Assembly (NCBI GenBank): GCA_032718475.1
Contig: JAUCBJ010008555.1
Location: forward strand, 62,001-126,000
Origin: Nemertoderma westbladi
Taxonomy: Eukaryota; Animalia; Xenacoelomorpha
Length of the DNA stretch: 64,000 nt
Direction of reading: 5' to 3'
A program made the translations under genes and the position numbers. Shown here piece after piece: positions 52,097 to 64,000 of this stretch. A model generated the notes under the pieces. That model saw only the letters and a list, made by a program, of their open reading frames with translations, was not told the DNA's origin and did no database searches. Numbering within the stretch: position 1 is the first letter of the stretch; every line of letters starts with the position of its first letter.

Positions 52097-54255
52097 TTAA
52101 TAATTTATATAATAAAATATTCAAGAACAAATATTCTTTGTTGTCTCCCCTAAATCCCGTAATAATTCCTATATATCAAAATTTCCGTACTAAAAGTGTT
52201 ATTTATTTTTTACGCAAATTGTGTTATATAGTACGCAAATTGTGTTATATTGTACGGAAATTTGTAGCATTTTTGAAATCGTCAAGTTGTATTAATTTTC
52301 TAGAATATTAGCTACAGCATTTTTACATAATTATACTAAGGTAAGGATTCCACATGAACATTATTCTATTGGCCTACAATTATTCTAGAAAATTTTAAGT
52401 TTCCCATTTCATTTAGCGCAATGGAGGCTACTTATACTATACAGAGACTAGGCCATCATAAATAATTTTAAAGTTATTCTGGTATGTATTCAAGGTTATC
52501 ACTTAGCCACAGTTGTGAAAAAATATAGCACTAAATTTTTTATCCTAATTGAGCGACAAGTCGTAATTACGAATGCGGCCCCTTAACTGGGCAACTCTCT
52601 CCCTCTCCGCTATATTTTTTACAAATCTTTAATGATATCAGGAAAACTTTGAAATATAGATAGGCAGTATGAACTCGAATTTTTCGGTAGGTGGGAGAAA
52701 TTAACTTTCTCACTACTTACTTTGCAAGCGTTTGCAAAAAGTGTCTCCTCAATATTGCACCCTTTGTACATCAAGAAATATTGGTATCTTTTTGCTGCTT
52801 TGTTGTTGCCGCTGGAAAGGCGGCATACAAGAATACAAGAGTAATGTATGTAAAGTGCAGGCTGACTTGACTGGCATATTGGCATTATTGCATTTCCTCT
52901 GATGTTTTGTGTGGCCATTTATTTGGTACGCAGCAAACTTCGGCCGGAGAAAACTTCGCTCTCAAAATGATTATTAGCAACATTGTTTATTGTTTTGGTT
53001 AGAAAAAGTCATATGTAACCTGCCGTTTCTGTAATCTGCTCATTTCCCCCGATCAGACGAAGATTGGACGCGGGTGAAGACGCGCCAAACCATTTATTTA
53101 ACTAATATTCTTGAAATACAAAACTATTTACATGATTGTGTGAAAACTAGCACTTCTCAGAGTTATGACCCGAGTGTATTTATGTAACGAGCGAGTGGAG
53201 CGAGTGAGGTTTACATAAATATAAACGCTGTTAACAGAACAGTGCCCTTTTCACACAATGGCTGAATGATGTATTGGGTGCGTAATTTTGTTACATTATG
53301 TAAACTTGTCTGCGTTTTCAACGCTTAAAATTATTATATTTAATATTGAAATGTTCACTCTCTAGTGATATAAGTGAAATTGATATCCTTTTTAAGAAAT
53401 TGCTTGCAGTTATTGTAACAAATGTAACGTAAATAATGTTACACTTACAGTACAATATGGCTCTCATCGATAGACTGAGAACAGTCAAGACGTTTAGGAG
53501 TTTATTGCTATTAAATTATGAATACTTTACAGGGTTCCGTCCTATAGGCCGCAATGCTGTAAATGGTACCTCGCTCGTTGTGGAGATATCACTAGAACGC
53601 TGATAAGTTGTCATAATAATGTAACAAAATACATAATATGTTCTAGAATGGTTTGTATGTTAAATAGTCCGATGGCAGAGGTATGAGAATGAAAATGGTG
53701 GGAATGGGCGTCGCCTAAGTCCTGAGTGCCTTGGAGTGAGTTTCACAAAACGGTAGATCCATCTCTTAGAAACGCTGACCAACCATTCTGCCAAATTAAC
53801 TACAGCTGTGTCACAATGTATCTACAATGTTCTCCTGTACCACCATATTAAACAAAAACCCCCATGAGAGGATCAGCTTAGCCTGACTTCGCTGAGACCC
53901 GAGCCGTGAAATATGTCTTCCGCCAATGAAGAAAGAGCAACAATGAGTAATAATTCAATTAAACTGATTAGTCTGTCACCTGCCCGCAGTCGAAATATTG
54001 AGGGAGGGAATTTTCTACTGTAACATCATCAATGGTCAGTCTATTTACATAGAGAAATTAAATAAAAACGCTTAAATTACTTACTGTATTATTACTTGTA
54101 ATTATTTCCCGCTAAAATATTGAGTTTTTTTAAATAGAGTCCGTAATAAATACCGTTATTTATATTATCCCCCAAAAATTCCATGCCCCATTTTCTTTAC
54201 TCTCCCCCAAACAAAACCCTTTTAGAATTGTTAACCTTCTCAGGGAGACAACACA

Positions 54256-54432
54256 TTTATTGAACTGTTATTTGTTATTTTGTACGGATATTTTGTACTC
54301 GTAACTATTATTTCGTCCTCGGACGTGTTATAAGTCCTCGGCTTCGCCTCGGACGTTATAACAGTCCTTGGACGAAATAATAGTTACGCGTACAAAATAT
54401 CCGTACAAAATAACAAATAACAGTTCAATAAA
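54256..54432. repeat. 177-bp near-perfect palindrome (fold-back element)
   Basis: tttattgaactgttatttgttattttgtacggatattttgtac... and its reverse complement around a central ctcggcttcgcctcgg. Confidence 0.88.
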
Positions 54433-56989
54433 GATAGATATAGTTACATCTTGACGAATACATTGGCAGAATACTAATACATAATTATTTTTTCACTTTA
54501 TTCCACATATTTTCACATTTTCATTATTTATCTATCACAGTCGGTGCATGTGGTTTTCGTGAAATTTCTGATTAATAATTATTGCACACTGCATTATTTC
54601 CGGAATAACTGTTTAAGACACTACAGTACCAATGTATATTGGTACATATGGCATGATATAGAGATGGTGTAATAAAGTATTATTCAGAAATTCATTGTGA
54701 AAGCATACAAATTGAATCTGAGATTGCTTGGTTTCTATATTTCTTAGACATGATATCTCTATTTTCAATTTCATGAAAAACATGAAATTAAAGGGGAGCA
54801 TTTAATTCGGCTAATTCGGCTAGAGTTCCGTGTAGCTCTACATTTTGAAGAGTTCTAGAACAATAGAAAATAATTATCTCAGACTATTCTAGAACATAAA
54901 TAAAATAAGAATAATAATGTTCTAGAACATATAGCTATTTTTTTAAATTTTAAAATAGCTAGTAAATTAAAAAATATTATTTTTAAATAAATTTCTAAAT
55001 AGACTTAAATTAATCCCGGTATTGATTATAGAGTTGTTGGCACTGGTATAGCTTGTGTGACCATTTTTGAAATTTAAAAAATTCAGAAATTTGTGTTATT
55101 GGTAAGTGTTCTAGAACATTAGTAGATATGTTTTTTTATGGTGGCTAGTGTTTTTTTTACTGGCTGATATTTTTTTAAATTATGTAAAAAATGTGAAAAC
55201 ATTGATATTTCAGGTTTGAACTGTTGCAGAATAAATTAATGACCAAAAATATTGATGATATTATAACAGTTTACAGTGCATATTAATTTTTTTTATTTTG
55301 CTTACATTTTCAAAAAATACTAGCGAGTAAAAAAGGTAGTTCCGTATGAACTACATTTTTAAAACATATATCATTGTTACTATGGCAACGTTGAAGAGTT
55401 CTAGAACAATAGACAAGTAATATATAGTATTCTAGAACATAAATAAAATAAAAATTATAATGTTCTAGAACATATAGCTAGTTCTTTTTAATTTAAAATA
55501 GCTAGTAAATAAAAAAAAATTTAGATTTAAAATCGATAGTACAGTATATTTAAAATAATATTATACAATATAAAGTAGGCCTATGTTAAAACAAATATTA
55601 TACCTTTAAATTGATATGAATAAAAGTGTTTTTGAATACAGAATATGTTTTTAATTAGTTTGTCTAATGTCTAATTGTTTAATCTATTGGGAATTTACAT
55701 TTGATTGCCTTTAATAATTCATTGAATCCATTCAATTTTCCCTTACGTATCTGACGTCTCCACAAGTATTCGATAAGATTTCCAGAGAATTTATATTTCT
55801 ATCACTACATATGCTTTGCTACCATACTGTACATAAAAAAACTTTTTATTACTAGCTATTTTAAATTTAAAAAATTACTAGCTATATGTTCTAGAACAAT
55901 AATTTTTTATTTTATTTTGTTCTAAAATAGTGTATATTATATGTTACTTGTTCTAGAACTATTCACTGTTGCCATGGTAACAATAATTTATGTTATAAAA
56001 ATGTAGTGTTATATGGAACTATTACCTAAGTTTCGGCTAGAGTTCCGTATGTGCCAACATTTTCTGTTTGCTCTAAAATGTGTTTAGTTTACTAGCTACT
56101 ACTTTTTGATGTTAGTGTGAAGTATTCTCGGATATTTCGAATTATTTTCTTGTTAAATAATGTTCTAGAACATATAATTTTTTGTTCTAGAACATTTTTA
56201 AAAAATTGTATTTTTTTGTTTTCTTAACACTTTTTTGTATAATTAACATATATCTAGTAATTTTATGTACTCAAGTAATAATTTACAATTATAGCTAGTA
56301 ATTTATATCTATAGCTATAGCCTATAGTCTATAGTTATATCTAGCTAGCCCTAGCTAACATTTTAAAAAATGTTCTGGAATGCTATCGTTATGGTTAGTT
56401 GTTCTGTATTCCAATTTTTTTTAATTAAACAATCATTTTAATAATTCTTTTTAAAAGAACAAATATTCTAGAATATTTTTTTTCTCGAAAATTGATAATA
56501 AAAATGTTCTAGAACATTTGGTACATGTTCTAGGACATTTGGTACATGTTCTAGAACATTTAATAAATTTTCTAGATCTCTTGCCAATAGAAAAAAAGCA
56601 GGCAAAATAGCATACCCCCCCCCCCCCCCCCCCCCCTAAAAATTGTTTACTAGCTAGTATTTGCTATTTCTTTTTATGAACATTCCAGAACATGTTCTCT
56701 AATTTATAAAAAGTTTATAAATGTTCTGGAACAAATAATTTTGTTTTGTTCTACTGTAGAAAAATTTTAAAAAATTATAAAAAAATTAAATGTACTAATT
56801 TTACTTTTGAATAATGTTCTCGAACATCTTCGCTAATCAGAGCTGGAAAAAAAAGTTCTAGAACAAGTAATTTTTGTTATAGAACTTTTTTAAAAATATA
56901 AAAAATATATTTTTTTAAATTTTTCTAGAATTTGTTTCATATAATTTTTATCGTTGCTGGCAAGATGAGTGGGTGGGTGGGGTGTAGCA

Positions 56990-59355
56990 ATAATTTCAAA
57001 ATTCAAAGATAAGTTGGCTAATAAAGATTTAGGTTTAATCTCCGCTCAACTCGAATCTGATACCTCAGACGCTATGTTACATAAATTAAACTTAATGGTG
57101 CAAGAAACGATGAAAGATTCTATTGTTTATCCGAAGACAGAAACCAAAACTATGTCGACTGCTCATTCAGAGTACAGATAGTGGGAGAATTTGCTTGCCG
57201 ATAACGAATCAAAATCTATTTGGAATGCGATAAACTGGAAAGGTGCGATAGCGCAGAACCACGAAATTACATCGAACAAGCCAACAGACAATGAGTTTCA
57301 TTCACATTTCACCAATTTGCTTAATCGACCATGTCCCGCCACAGTTGACTCGATCGACACATCGTCGTCGCCATATATACCAATATTAGACGATCCTATA
57401 TCTCCAATTGAAGTGGACGACGCTTTAAATCATTTAAAAGCTAATAAAAGTGCAACCGGAATAGCACCGTGCTTGTTAAAAAGTTTACCAATTAATTTTA
57501 TTGTGTTCCTTGCATTAATATTTAATACCATATTTTTGTCAAGTTCTATCCCTTGTCAGTGGATTTATAGTAAGCTTAGCATTCTGTTCAAAAGGGGCAA
57601 CAGAAGCAATTGCAATAATTATAGAGGTATATCCGTTAGTGATTCTTTGTGCAAAATATATGATAATATTTTAGCGAGTAGGTTGATACGCTGGTTAACA
57701 CCCAATAGGGCACAAGCAGGCGGTCAGAAACATTGTTCGTGCTTCGAACAAATTTTAGCGCTACGACTAATTATAGATCACGTTAAGTACAAGACAGTGA
57801 AGTTGTTTATAATTTTTGTAGACTTTAGCAAAGCGTACGATAGGGTTGATCGTGCCATGCTTATTTCTAAATTAGTCATTTTAGGTTGTGGTGTAAATAT
57901 GATAAACGCTATTAAGGCTCTTTATAGAGTTACTAAGTTACAGTTAAATAAAACCGAAATCGATTTTAATACAGGAGTCCGCCAGCCAAGGGGCACCGAG
58001 TAGTTTATTTTTGTTTACAGTATATATAGATGCTATGGTTGCTATGTTTGACGCTTTTACCAGTAATAACGAATACTTAGGAGCATTGAATCCACTTCTA
58101 TTCATGGACAACACTGCTATTTTAGCAGAAAGTATAGGAGTCAATGTTTGAGGAGGTTTTAATTAATTTTTGCACATCTCATAGTATGAGTATCAATGAA
58201 CTGAAAACTAAATTTATGGTAATTAACGGTACTCGAGACGATAGGGCTAATCTTGTAATAAGTAAAGGTGATAGCTATATTACAGTAAAAAATACAGATG
58301 CTTATGTTTACTTAGGAGCGCATTTTACCCAAGACGGAAAACTTAAATCTGCAATTAAATTACATGCGAAGGAAGTGGAAAAACATGTTAGGAAGTTTGG
58401 GATATTTTGCGCCTCTAAGACTAATATGCCGTTTATATTAAAAAGATCCGTTTACAATAGTGCAGTATTAGCAGCAGTTTTATATTCTTGCGATACTTGG
58501 CTGTCTGAAGTAGGTAGTAATGAGATTAGGTCACTTTATATCAGATTAGTAAAATTACTACTTAATGTAAGAATTACAACGCCCAATAAGTTATGTTTGG
58601 TTGAATTAGGTATGCCAGAAGTAGACTCTATGATTTATTCAATTACACAGAAATCTTTAATTCGATTAATGAAAAACTGGAATCCTGAAGATCCCGTATA
58701 TAAGGCTTATGAGATCTGTAAGAAATCAAACTCTCCCGGATACAGATATATAAGCAAGCTTTTGAAGAACGAATCTAATATTTTATAAAGACAGATAAAC
58801 TTAAATTACAAGCTAAAATTATGAATAAAGCGATAAATCAAAGTAAATTTAAAATCTATACGGAAATAAATCCTACTCTAGAATGCCATAAAGTATATTC
58901 AGAAAAGATTTTTATTCCAGATTCAAAAAGGGTTGACTTTAGTCGTTTTAGACTGAGTTCACATCGTCTACGCATAGAAATGGGTAGGTGGTCCAGAACT
59001 CCCAGATGTGACAGAGTTTGCAGTTGTGACTCAGTATCAGTGCAGTCAGAACACCACGCCATTTTTGATTGTCCTTTTACAAAGGAAATAAGAACTAAAT
59101 ACAATATACAGTAGTAGCAATTAATAATTTAAAGGAATTAATGGATTTGTACGATAGCTCCACAATCTGTAAAATAATAAATGAAGTAATTAACTCGTTT
59201 TAGGTCATAATTAATTAAAAATTAATTAATATTTTTCTTGGACTAATATCTTTGCCGCATTTTATTAATATATACTCGATTTATTTGGTGAAATTATGTA
59301 AATATTTTTGTGCGTTTAGTTAGATATTATGTCAATAAACTTATATATATATATA
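56990..59355 (+). mobile_element. Decayed, 5'-truncated APE-type LINE (RTEX/CR1-like RT)
   Basis: NYRGIS, FVDFSKAYD, GVRQ, degenerate LFMDN, YLG, RLSSHRLRIEMGRW..C.C..EHHAIFDC; stops and frameshifts; aataaa then (TA)n at the 3' end. Confidence 0.82.
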
Positions 59356-59690
59356 GCTAGTATTTTTTTAATAACTAATTTTAAAAGAAGGATTTCACTG
59401 CACTGAGGTAATATATTCAGAAATTAATTACATAGAAGACTTACACTGTATAAGTAATAAATAAATTCCTCTAAACTCAAATCAGTCATTTTTACAACAT
59501 GTAATCATAAAGCTATAGAAATTAAAATAATCTATAAAATATAATAATTACCTTGATATCAAATAAAACATTATATATATTGACAAATATAATATGTAAG
59601 TTTTTTAAAAATTGGCTCTTAGAACAACAACAACCTTTATTGATCTTGTAAAGGTTGTAAAAAAAATTATGTATTAGTGATGTGATAGTT

Positions 59691-60422
59691 ATGGAACTAA
59701 AACAACCATTATTGATCTTGTTGTTGTACACTCTGCACCTGTCGATGAAACTTCTGGTCTGTGATGGGGTGAATTGTACAGAATCATTTAATGCCAAGAT
59801 AACTGCAAAAAATCCATCAACGATGGATGATGAATGGAATATGGAGTTTATTAAAAATGCCAATGAAGCAGATAGCATGTTCGGAAAATTGAATAGCACC
59901 AATTGTTCATCGTGTGCCCGCGTATCTAACGCTGTATTGGCCACGCACTTCGTTTCACGCACCAAATACTTATACGAATTCGAGATGAATCTATGTGTCA
60001 GTGAATCCTTCTTCCCGGAATATCTGTGCCGACCCGTAAGTGAGAGCGAATGCGGTAGTGGTAATCCTTTCCGAGAAGATGTACAAGAAACTCGCGGTTT
60101 ACCTTATGCCATTATATATAACTATAGTTCCTTTTTCACTGAAGCTTATTCTGTGTGCCAACTCCAGTGTTGCGATAATGAGGACTTCTGTGGTGAACCC
60201 GTTACGTGGAATAACAATATCGTGGGAAATGTTCCCGGTGGGAAGATCAACTGGAATGCGAAACCGACGAACGATAAACCACCGGTTTTTGAGGCAAGCA
60301 CTACTGTTAGTCAACAGGAAGATAGTTCCGAATCAGAAGGGTCTACAAATGCTTGCTCTCATTCGGGTATCGTGTTATTGACTTGTATAATACCCATGGT
60401 GGGGCTAAACATAAGGTTGTAG
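59691..60422 (+). CDS. Intronless secreted/GPI-anchored Cys-rich protein, Ly6/uPAR three-finger-like (243 aa)
   Basis: N-terminal hydrophobic signal (LLILLLYTLHLSMKLLVC), 10 Cys ending CCDNEDFC, Ser/Thr/Glu spacer, C-terminal hydrophobic tail (GIVLLTCIIPMVGL). Confidence 0.62.
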   Translation: MELKQPLLILLLYTLHLSMKLLVCDGVNCTESFNAKITAKNPSTMDDEWNMEFIKNANEADSMFGKLNSTNCSSCARVSNAVLATHFVSRTKYLYEFEMNLCVSESFFPEYLCRPVSESECGSGNPFREDVQETRGLPYAIIYNYSSFFTEAYSVCQLQCCDNEDFCGEPVTWNNNIVGNVPGGKINWNAKPTNDKPPVFEASTTVSQQEDSSESEGSTNACSHSGIVLLTCIIPMVGLNIRL

Positions 60423-60631
60423 AATTCTACAATGTCGTAAGAAGAATATACTGTAGATAATAACTAATAATAATAAGATATGCTATTAAACTGAAACATA
60501 TTGTACTATCCCACATTTTCTATACCTCTAATATTTTCTATATATTATTGCACTTTATTGCCATGAACGTAATAATAATAGTGCTTTATTTCTCTTTTAT
60601 ATTTTTAAAAGTAAAAGTATCGGTAAAATAT

Positions 60632-60925
60632 CAGCGATAGCGCCAGGGTGCGATTTTGGGGCAACCATCGATCCCATTCAAATAATAGAATCGATTAATA
60701 TTAATGCCAGGCGACCCACGAAGATCGAGGTCGAACAATACCAGTACCTGGACAGCATCGATTTCTCCGTACCCGAACTGGGCGTCCCGAAAGTATCCCT
60801 CATAGTTGGAATGGACTGCCCGATGGCCCACAGGAGGTTTTCCTGCCGATTCTGAGATGATGGGGAGAGAGGCCCAATGGCGATTTGCACGCCATTTGGA
60901 TGGACACTCAGCGGCCCAATCAAGT
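60632..60925 (+). pseudogene. BEL/Pao protease-region remnant
   Basis: QYLDSIDFSVPELGVPKVSLIVGMDCPMA..*..PMAICTPFGWTLSGP aligns by eye with HLADLDLSHPPLDIPQVTVLLGQDAPVA...PYAVETPFGWSVCGP of the intact BEL ORF; internal TGA. Confidence 0.65.
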
Positions 60926-61899
60926 CTAGAATTCCGTTCAGCGTGTCGGAATCCTCAGGGTGCATGTTTGCAGGCAAAATGAGAGAAATGGAGGACGAAG
61001 GAGCAGAGGAGAAACCAGAGACAAGCGATGAGGAGGACCCATATGAGAAGCAGGCCGAGGAAGAAAACAAGGAGTCGGGGATGGGTATGGATCTGGAACC
61101 ATGCATAGTGGAGCGTGGTGAGAGGGTGGAGGACAGAGAAATACCGCCGACTGATGAGTCAGGAAGAGAAACAACAACAAGAGAGAGGGCGGAGGAGAAT
61201 GGGGAGTATCGGTATGGGGATGGAGAAGAGTGGACAGCGAGATGTCCGGAGAGGTGTCCGGATCAGACGCTGGTCCAGTTGAGAGGCATACTGGTGGGGA
61301 GGAGATCGAGTAAGAATACAAAGTGGAAAGGGAGAGGATGTGGGAAGATTAGACCAGGGGCAGAGAAGCCCATGATGAAACGTGACAAAGGAGGCAGGAA
61401 AGTGGGAGAGGGCATGTTGTACATGCATAAGGGGGTGGTAGAGTGCAAAGGGGCATTAAATGGTAAGCCATTACGTGTACCGATGGATGACCGGGGGTCA
61501 TAGGGGGCTTTAATGCCAGCGCATATATTAAGCGGGAGGAAAAACCCGACTTAAGGGTGAAGGAGAAGGGAAGGTCAATTCCAAAAGAGTTGGAATTGAG
61601 AAGAAGAGTGGGGCGAAGATTAAGAGGACCAATAGGTGGGCAGTAGGATAGTTGCCTGCTGTAAGAATCGCCCTTAGGTTGTTGAGTCATCCAATATGTT
61701 GGATTGAGGGGGGTGGGAATGAGGGCGAGACGCCCTTCTCACACATAAAAATAAAAATATAAAATAAATAACAAGCAAATAATAAAATAAGTAGTAAGAT
61801 AGTAGAAAGTAATAGTAGTAGGTAATACGTAGTACTAAGTAAGGTACATAGTACCGTAGAAGTTAGAAGTTCTGGGCACTGAGGGCACACATAGGAGCA

Positions 61900-63365
61900 G
61901 TAGCAGGGTACTTAGTACCGTAGAGGTTGTGGGCACCAAAAGCGCCATGTGGTAAGAGAGTAGAGGGTATGGTATGTAGATATACCATAGAAGTAGTAGC
62001 AGAGGGTTTGTGGGCACCGAAAGTGCCACGTAGTAAGAGAGTGGAGGGTATGGTATGTAGGTATACCATAGAGGTAGTAGCAGAGGGGTTGTGGGCACCG
62101 AAAGCGCCACGTAGTAAGAGAGTGAAGGGTATGGTATGTAGGTATACCATAAACGTAGTAGCAGAGGGGTTGTGGGCACCGAAAGCACCACGTAGTAAGA
62201 GAGTAGAGGGTATGGTATGTAGATATACCATAGAAGTAGTAGCAGAGGGGTTGTGGGCACCGAAAGCACCACATAGTAAGAGAGTGAAGGGTATGGTATG
62301 TAGGTATACCATAGAAGTAGTAGCAGAGGGGTTGTGGGCACCGAAAGCGCCATGTAGTAAGAGAGTGAAGGGTATGGTATGTAGGTATACCATAGAAGTA
62401 GTAGCAGAGGGGTTGTGGGCACCGAAAGCGCCATGTAGTAAGAGAGTGAAGGGTATGGTATGTAGGTATACCATAGAAGTAGTAGCAGAGGGTTTGTGGG
62501 CACCGAAAGTGCCACGTAGTAAGAGAGTAGAGGGTATGGTATGTAGGTATACCATAGAGGTAGTAGCAGAGGGGTTGTGGGCACCGAAAGCGCCACGTAG
62601 TAAGAGAGTGAAGGGTATGGTATGTAGGTATACCATAAAAGTAGTAGCAGAGGGGTTGTGGGCACCGAAAGCACCACGTAGTAAGAGAGTAGAGGGTATG
62701 GTATGTAGATATACCATAGAAGTAGTAGCAGAGGGGTTGTAGGCACAGAAAGTGCCACGTAGTAAGAGAGTAGAGGGTATGGTATGTAGGTATACCATAG
62801 AGGTAGTAGCAGAGGGGTTGTGGGCACCGAAAGCGCCACGTAGTAAGAGAGTGAAGGGTATGGTATGTAGGTATACCATAAAAGTAGTAGCAGAAGGGTT
62901 GTGGGCACCGAAAGCACCACATAGTAAGAGAGTGAAGGGTATGGTATGTAGGTATACCATAGAAGTAGTAGCAGAGGGGTTGTGGGCACCGAAAGCGCCA
63001 TGTAGTAAGAGAGTGAAGGGTATGGTATGTAGGTATACCATAGAAGTAGTAGCAGAGGGGTTGTGGGCACCGAAAGCGCCATGTAGTAAGAGAGTGAAGG
63101 GTATGGTATGTAGGTATACCATAAAAGTAGTAGCAGAAGGGTTGTGGGCACCGAAAGCACCACATAGTAAGAGAGTGAAGGGTATGGTATGTAGGTATAC
63201 CATAGAAGTAGTAGCAGAGGGGTTGTGGGCACCGAAAGCGCCATGTAGTAAGAGAGTGAAGGGTATGGTATGTAGGTATACCATAGAGGTAGTAGCAGAG
63301 GGGTTGTGGGCACCGAAAGCACCATGTAGTAAGAGAGTAAAGGGTATGTAGGCATACCATAGTAG
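61900..63365. repeat. 81-bp minisatellite (~18 copies)
   Basis: Unit agtagtagcagaggggttgtgggcaccgaaagcgccacgtagtaagagagtgaagggtatggtatgtaggtataccataga. Confidence 0.95.
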
Positions 63366-64000
63366 TAGTAGGGTACATAGTAAGAAGGAAGTAGGAAGGT
63401 AGATAGGATGATAGCACAGACAGGGGGCAACATAGATAAAAGATTTAAATAAAACTAAGAAAAATTGGCACTTTGGGGGTGGTAGAGAACACAGGACATT
63501 GTGGAGCAGTGGGGATGGGCCAGCTCATGGGGCTTGTCTGCCACAAGCCGATGGACTGGGGCAAGTCCGAGAGGAGTACGGAGCGGAACTGGCGAACTCG
63601 CTGAAATGAGGAGCGAGGCCAGGGAAACAGGAGATATATCAGATCCGAAAGGGAGCGATAAAGATATATCAGAAGAGATATATCTTACAGGAGGATTGGA
63701 TAATGATAGGTGTATTAAACCTATTCATGGCTGTGGTTATCGGAAGAGAGCCGACAGTGTTTCTGCTATCAGAAGCACCTCTAAATCACAGGAGAGCCTT
63801 TAAGGTGGCCTTTGAGGGTCTTGTAGACCACCCGGGGCTGAAGGGCAAGTCGGTGCACTACGATAGCCGACACCTAGTGGACAGAGAGGTGGACACACCG
63901 TACAAGAGGTGGAAGAAGTTGGTAGCATATTTGAGGGCCCATGGGGATTTCCTCAGGGGAGTTGGCAAGGATACCAAAAGGACACCAACCATCGACCTGG

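Larger units (their letters stand above)
50190..56930. repeat. AT-rich region with dispersed direct and inverted copies of a ~200-bp module rich in the palindrome GTTCTAGAAC
   Basis: Module copies at ~50310-50530, ~54830-54970 and ~55340-55510, inverted copy at ~55845-56025; probable DNA transposon debris. Confidence 0.6.

Noticed and set aside
53660-53910. Possible HDV-like ribozyme or SINE on the minus strand
   Set aside because: The GC-richer patch looks repeat-derived, but I could not build the nested pseudoknot or identify Pol III boxes.
61151-61172. ctgatgagtcaggaagagaaac as a hammerhead ribozyme
   Set aside because: No convincing stem II, stem III or cleavage triplet.
61835-63433. 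Overlapping 200-530-aa ORFs on both strands
   Set aside because: Translations of the 81-bp minisatellite.

Overview
AT-rich animal (probably marine invertebrate) genomic DNA; no prokaryotic features. I reconstructed by hand the 3' part of a + strand, GT-AG spliced gene: 25 exons from 4263 to 48593, about 1365 codons, with consistent intron phases. It encodes about 24 EGF/calcium-binding EGF repeats, two follistatin-N/Kazal modules, a TSP1 repeat, a third FOLN/Kazal and a C-terminal cystine knot. The most striking pattern is that four unrelated minisatellites (45, 52, 40 and 20 bp units) each have a unit that straddles one of this gene's own splice sites, leaving dozens of decoy donors or acceptors next to the real one. 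Intron 18 (20 kb) is a nest of elements: the donor minisatellite is split by a CR1/L2-like LINE with a 2A StopGo motif. That LINE in turn holds an intact BEL/Pao LTR retrotransposon, an RTE LINE fused in frame to the host endonuclease, and a hAT MITE. Intron 23 holds a CRE-like plus Penelope composite flanked by a 44-bp direct repeat. Elsewhere are two hammerhead-ribozyme-like motifs, SINEs, MITEs, a decayed LINE, an intronless Ly6/three-finger-like GPI-anchor candidate ORF, a BEL protease remnant and an 81-bp minisatellite. Family assignments come from motif recognition, not database searches.
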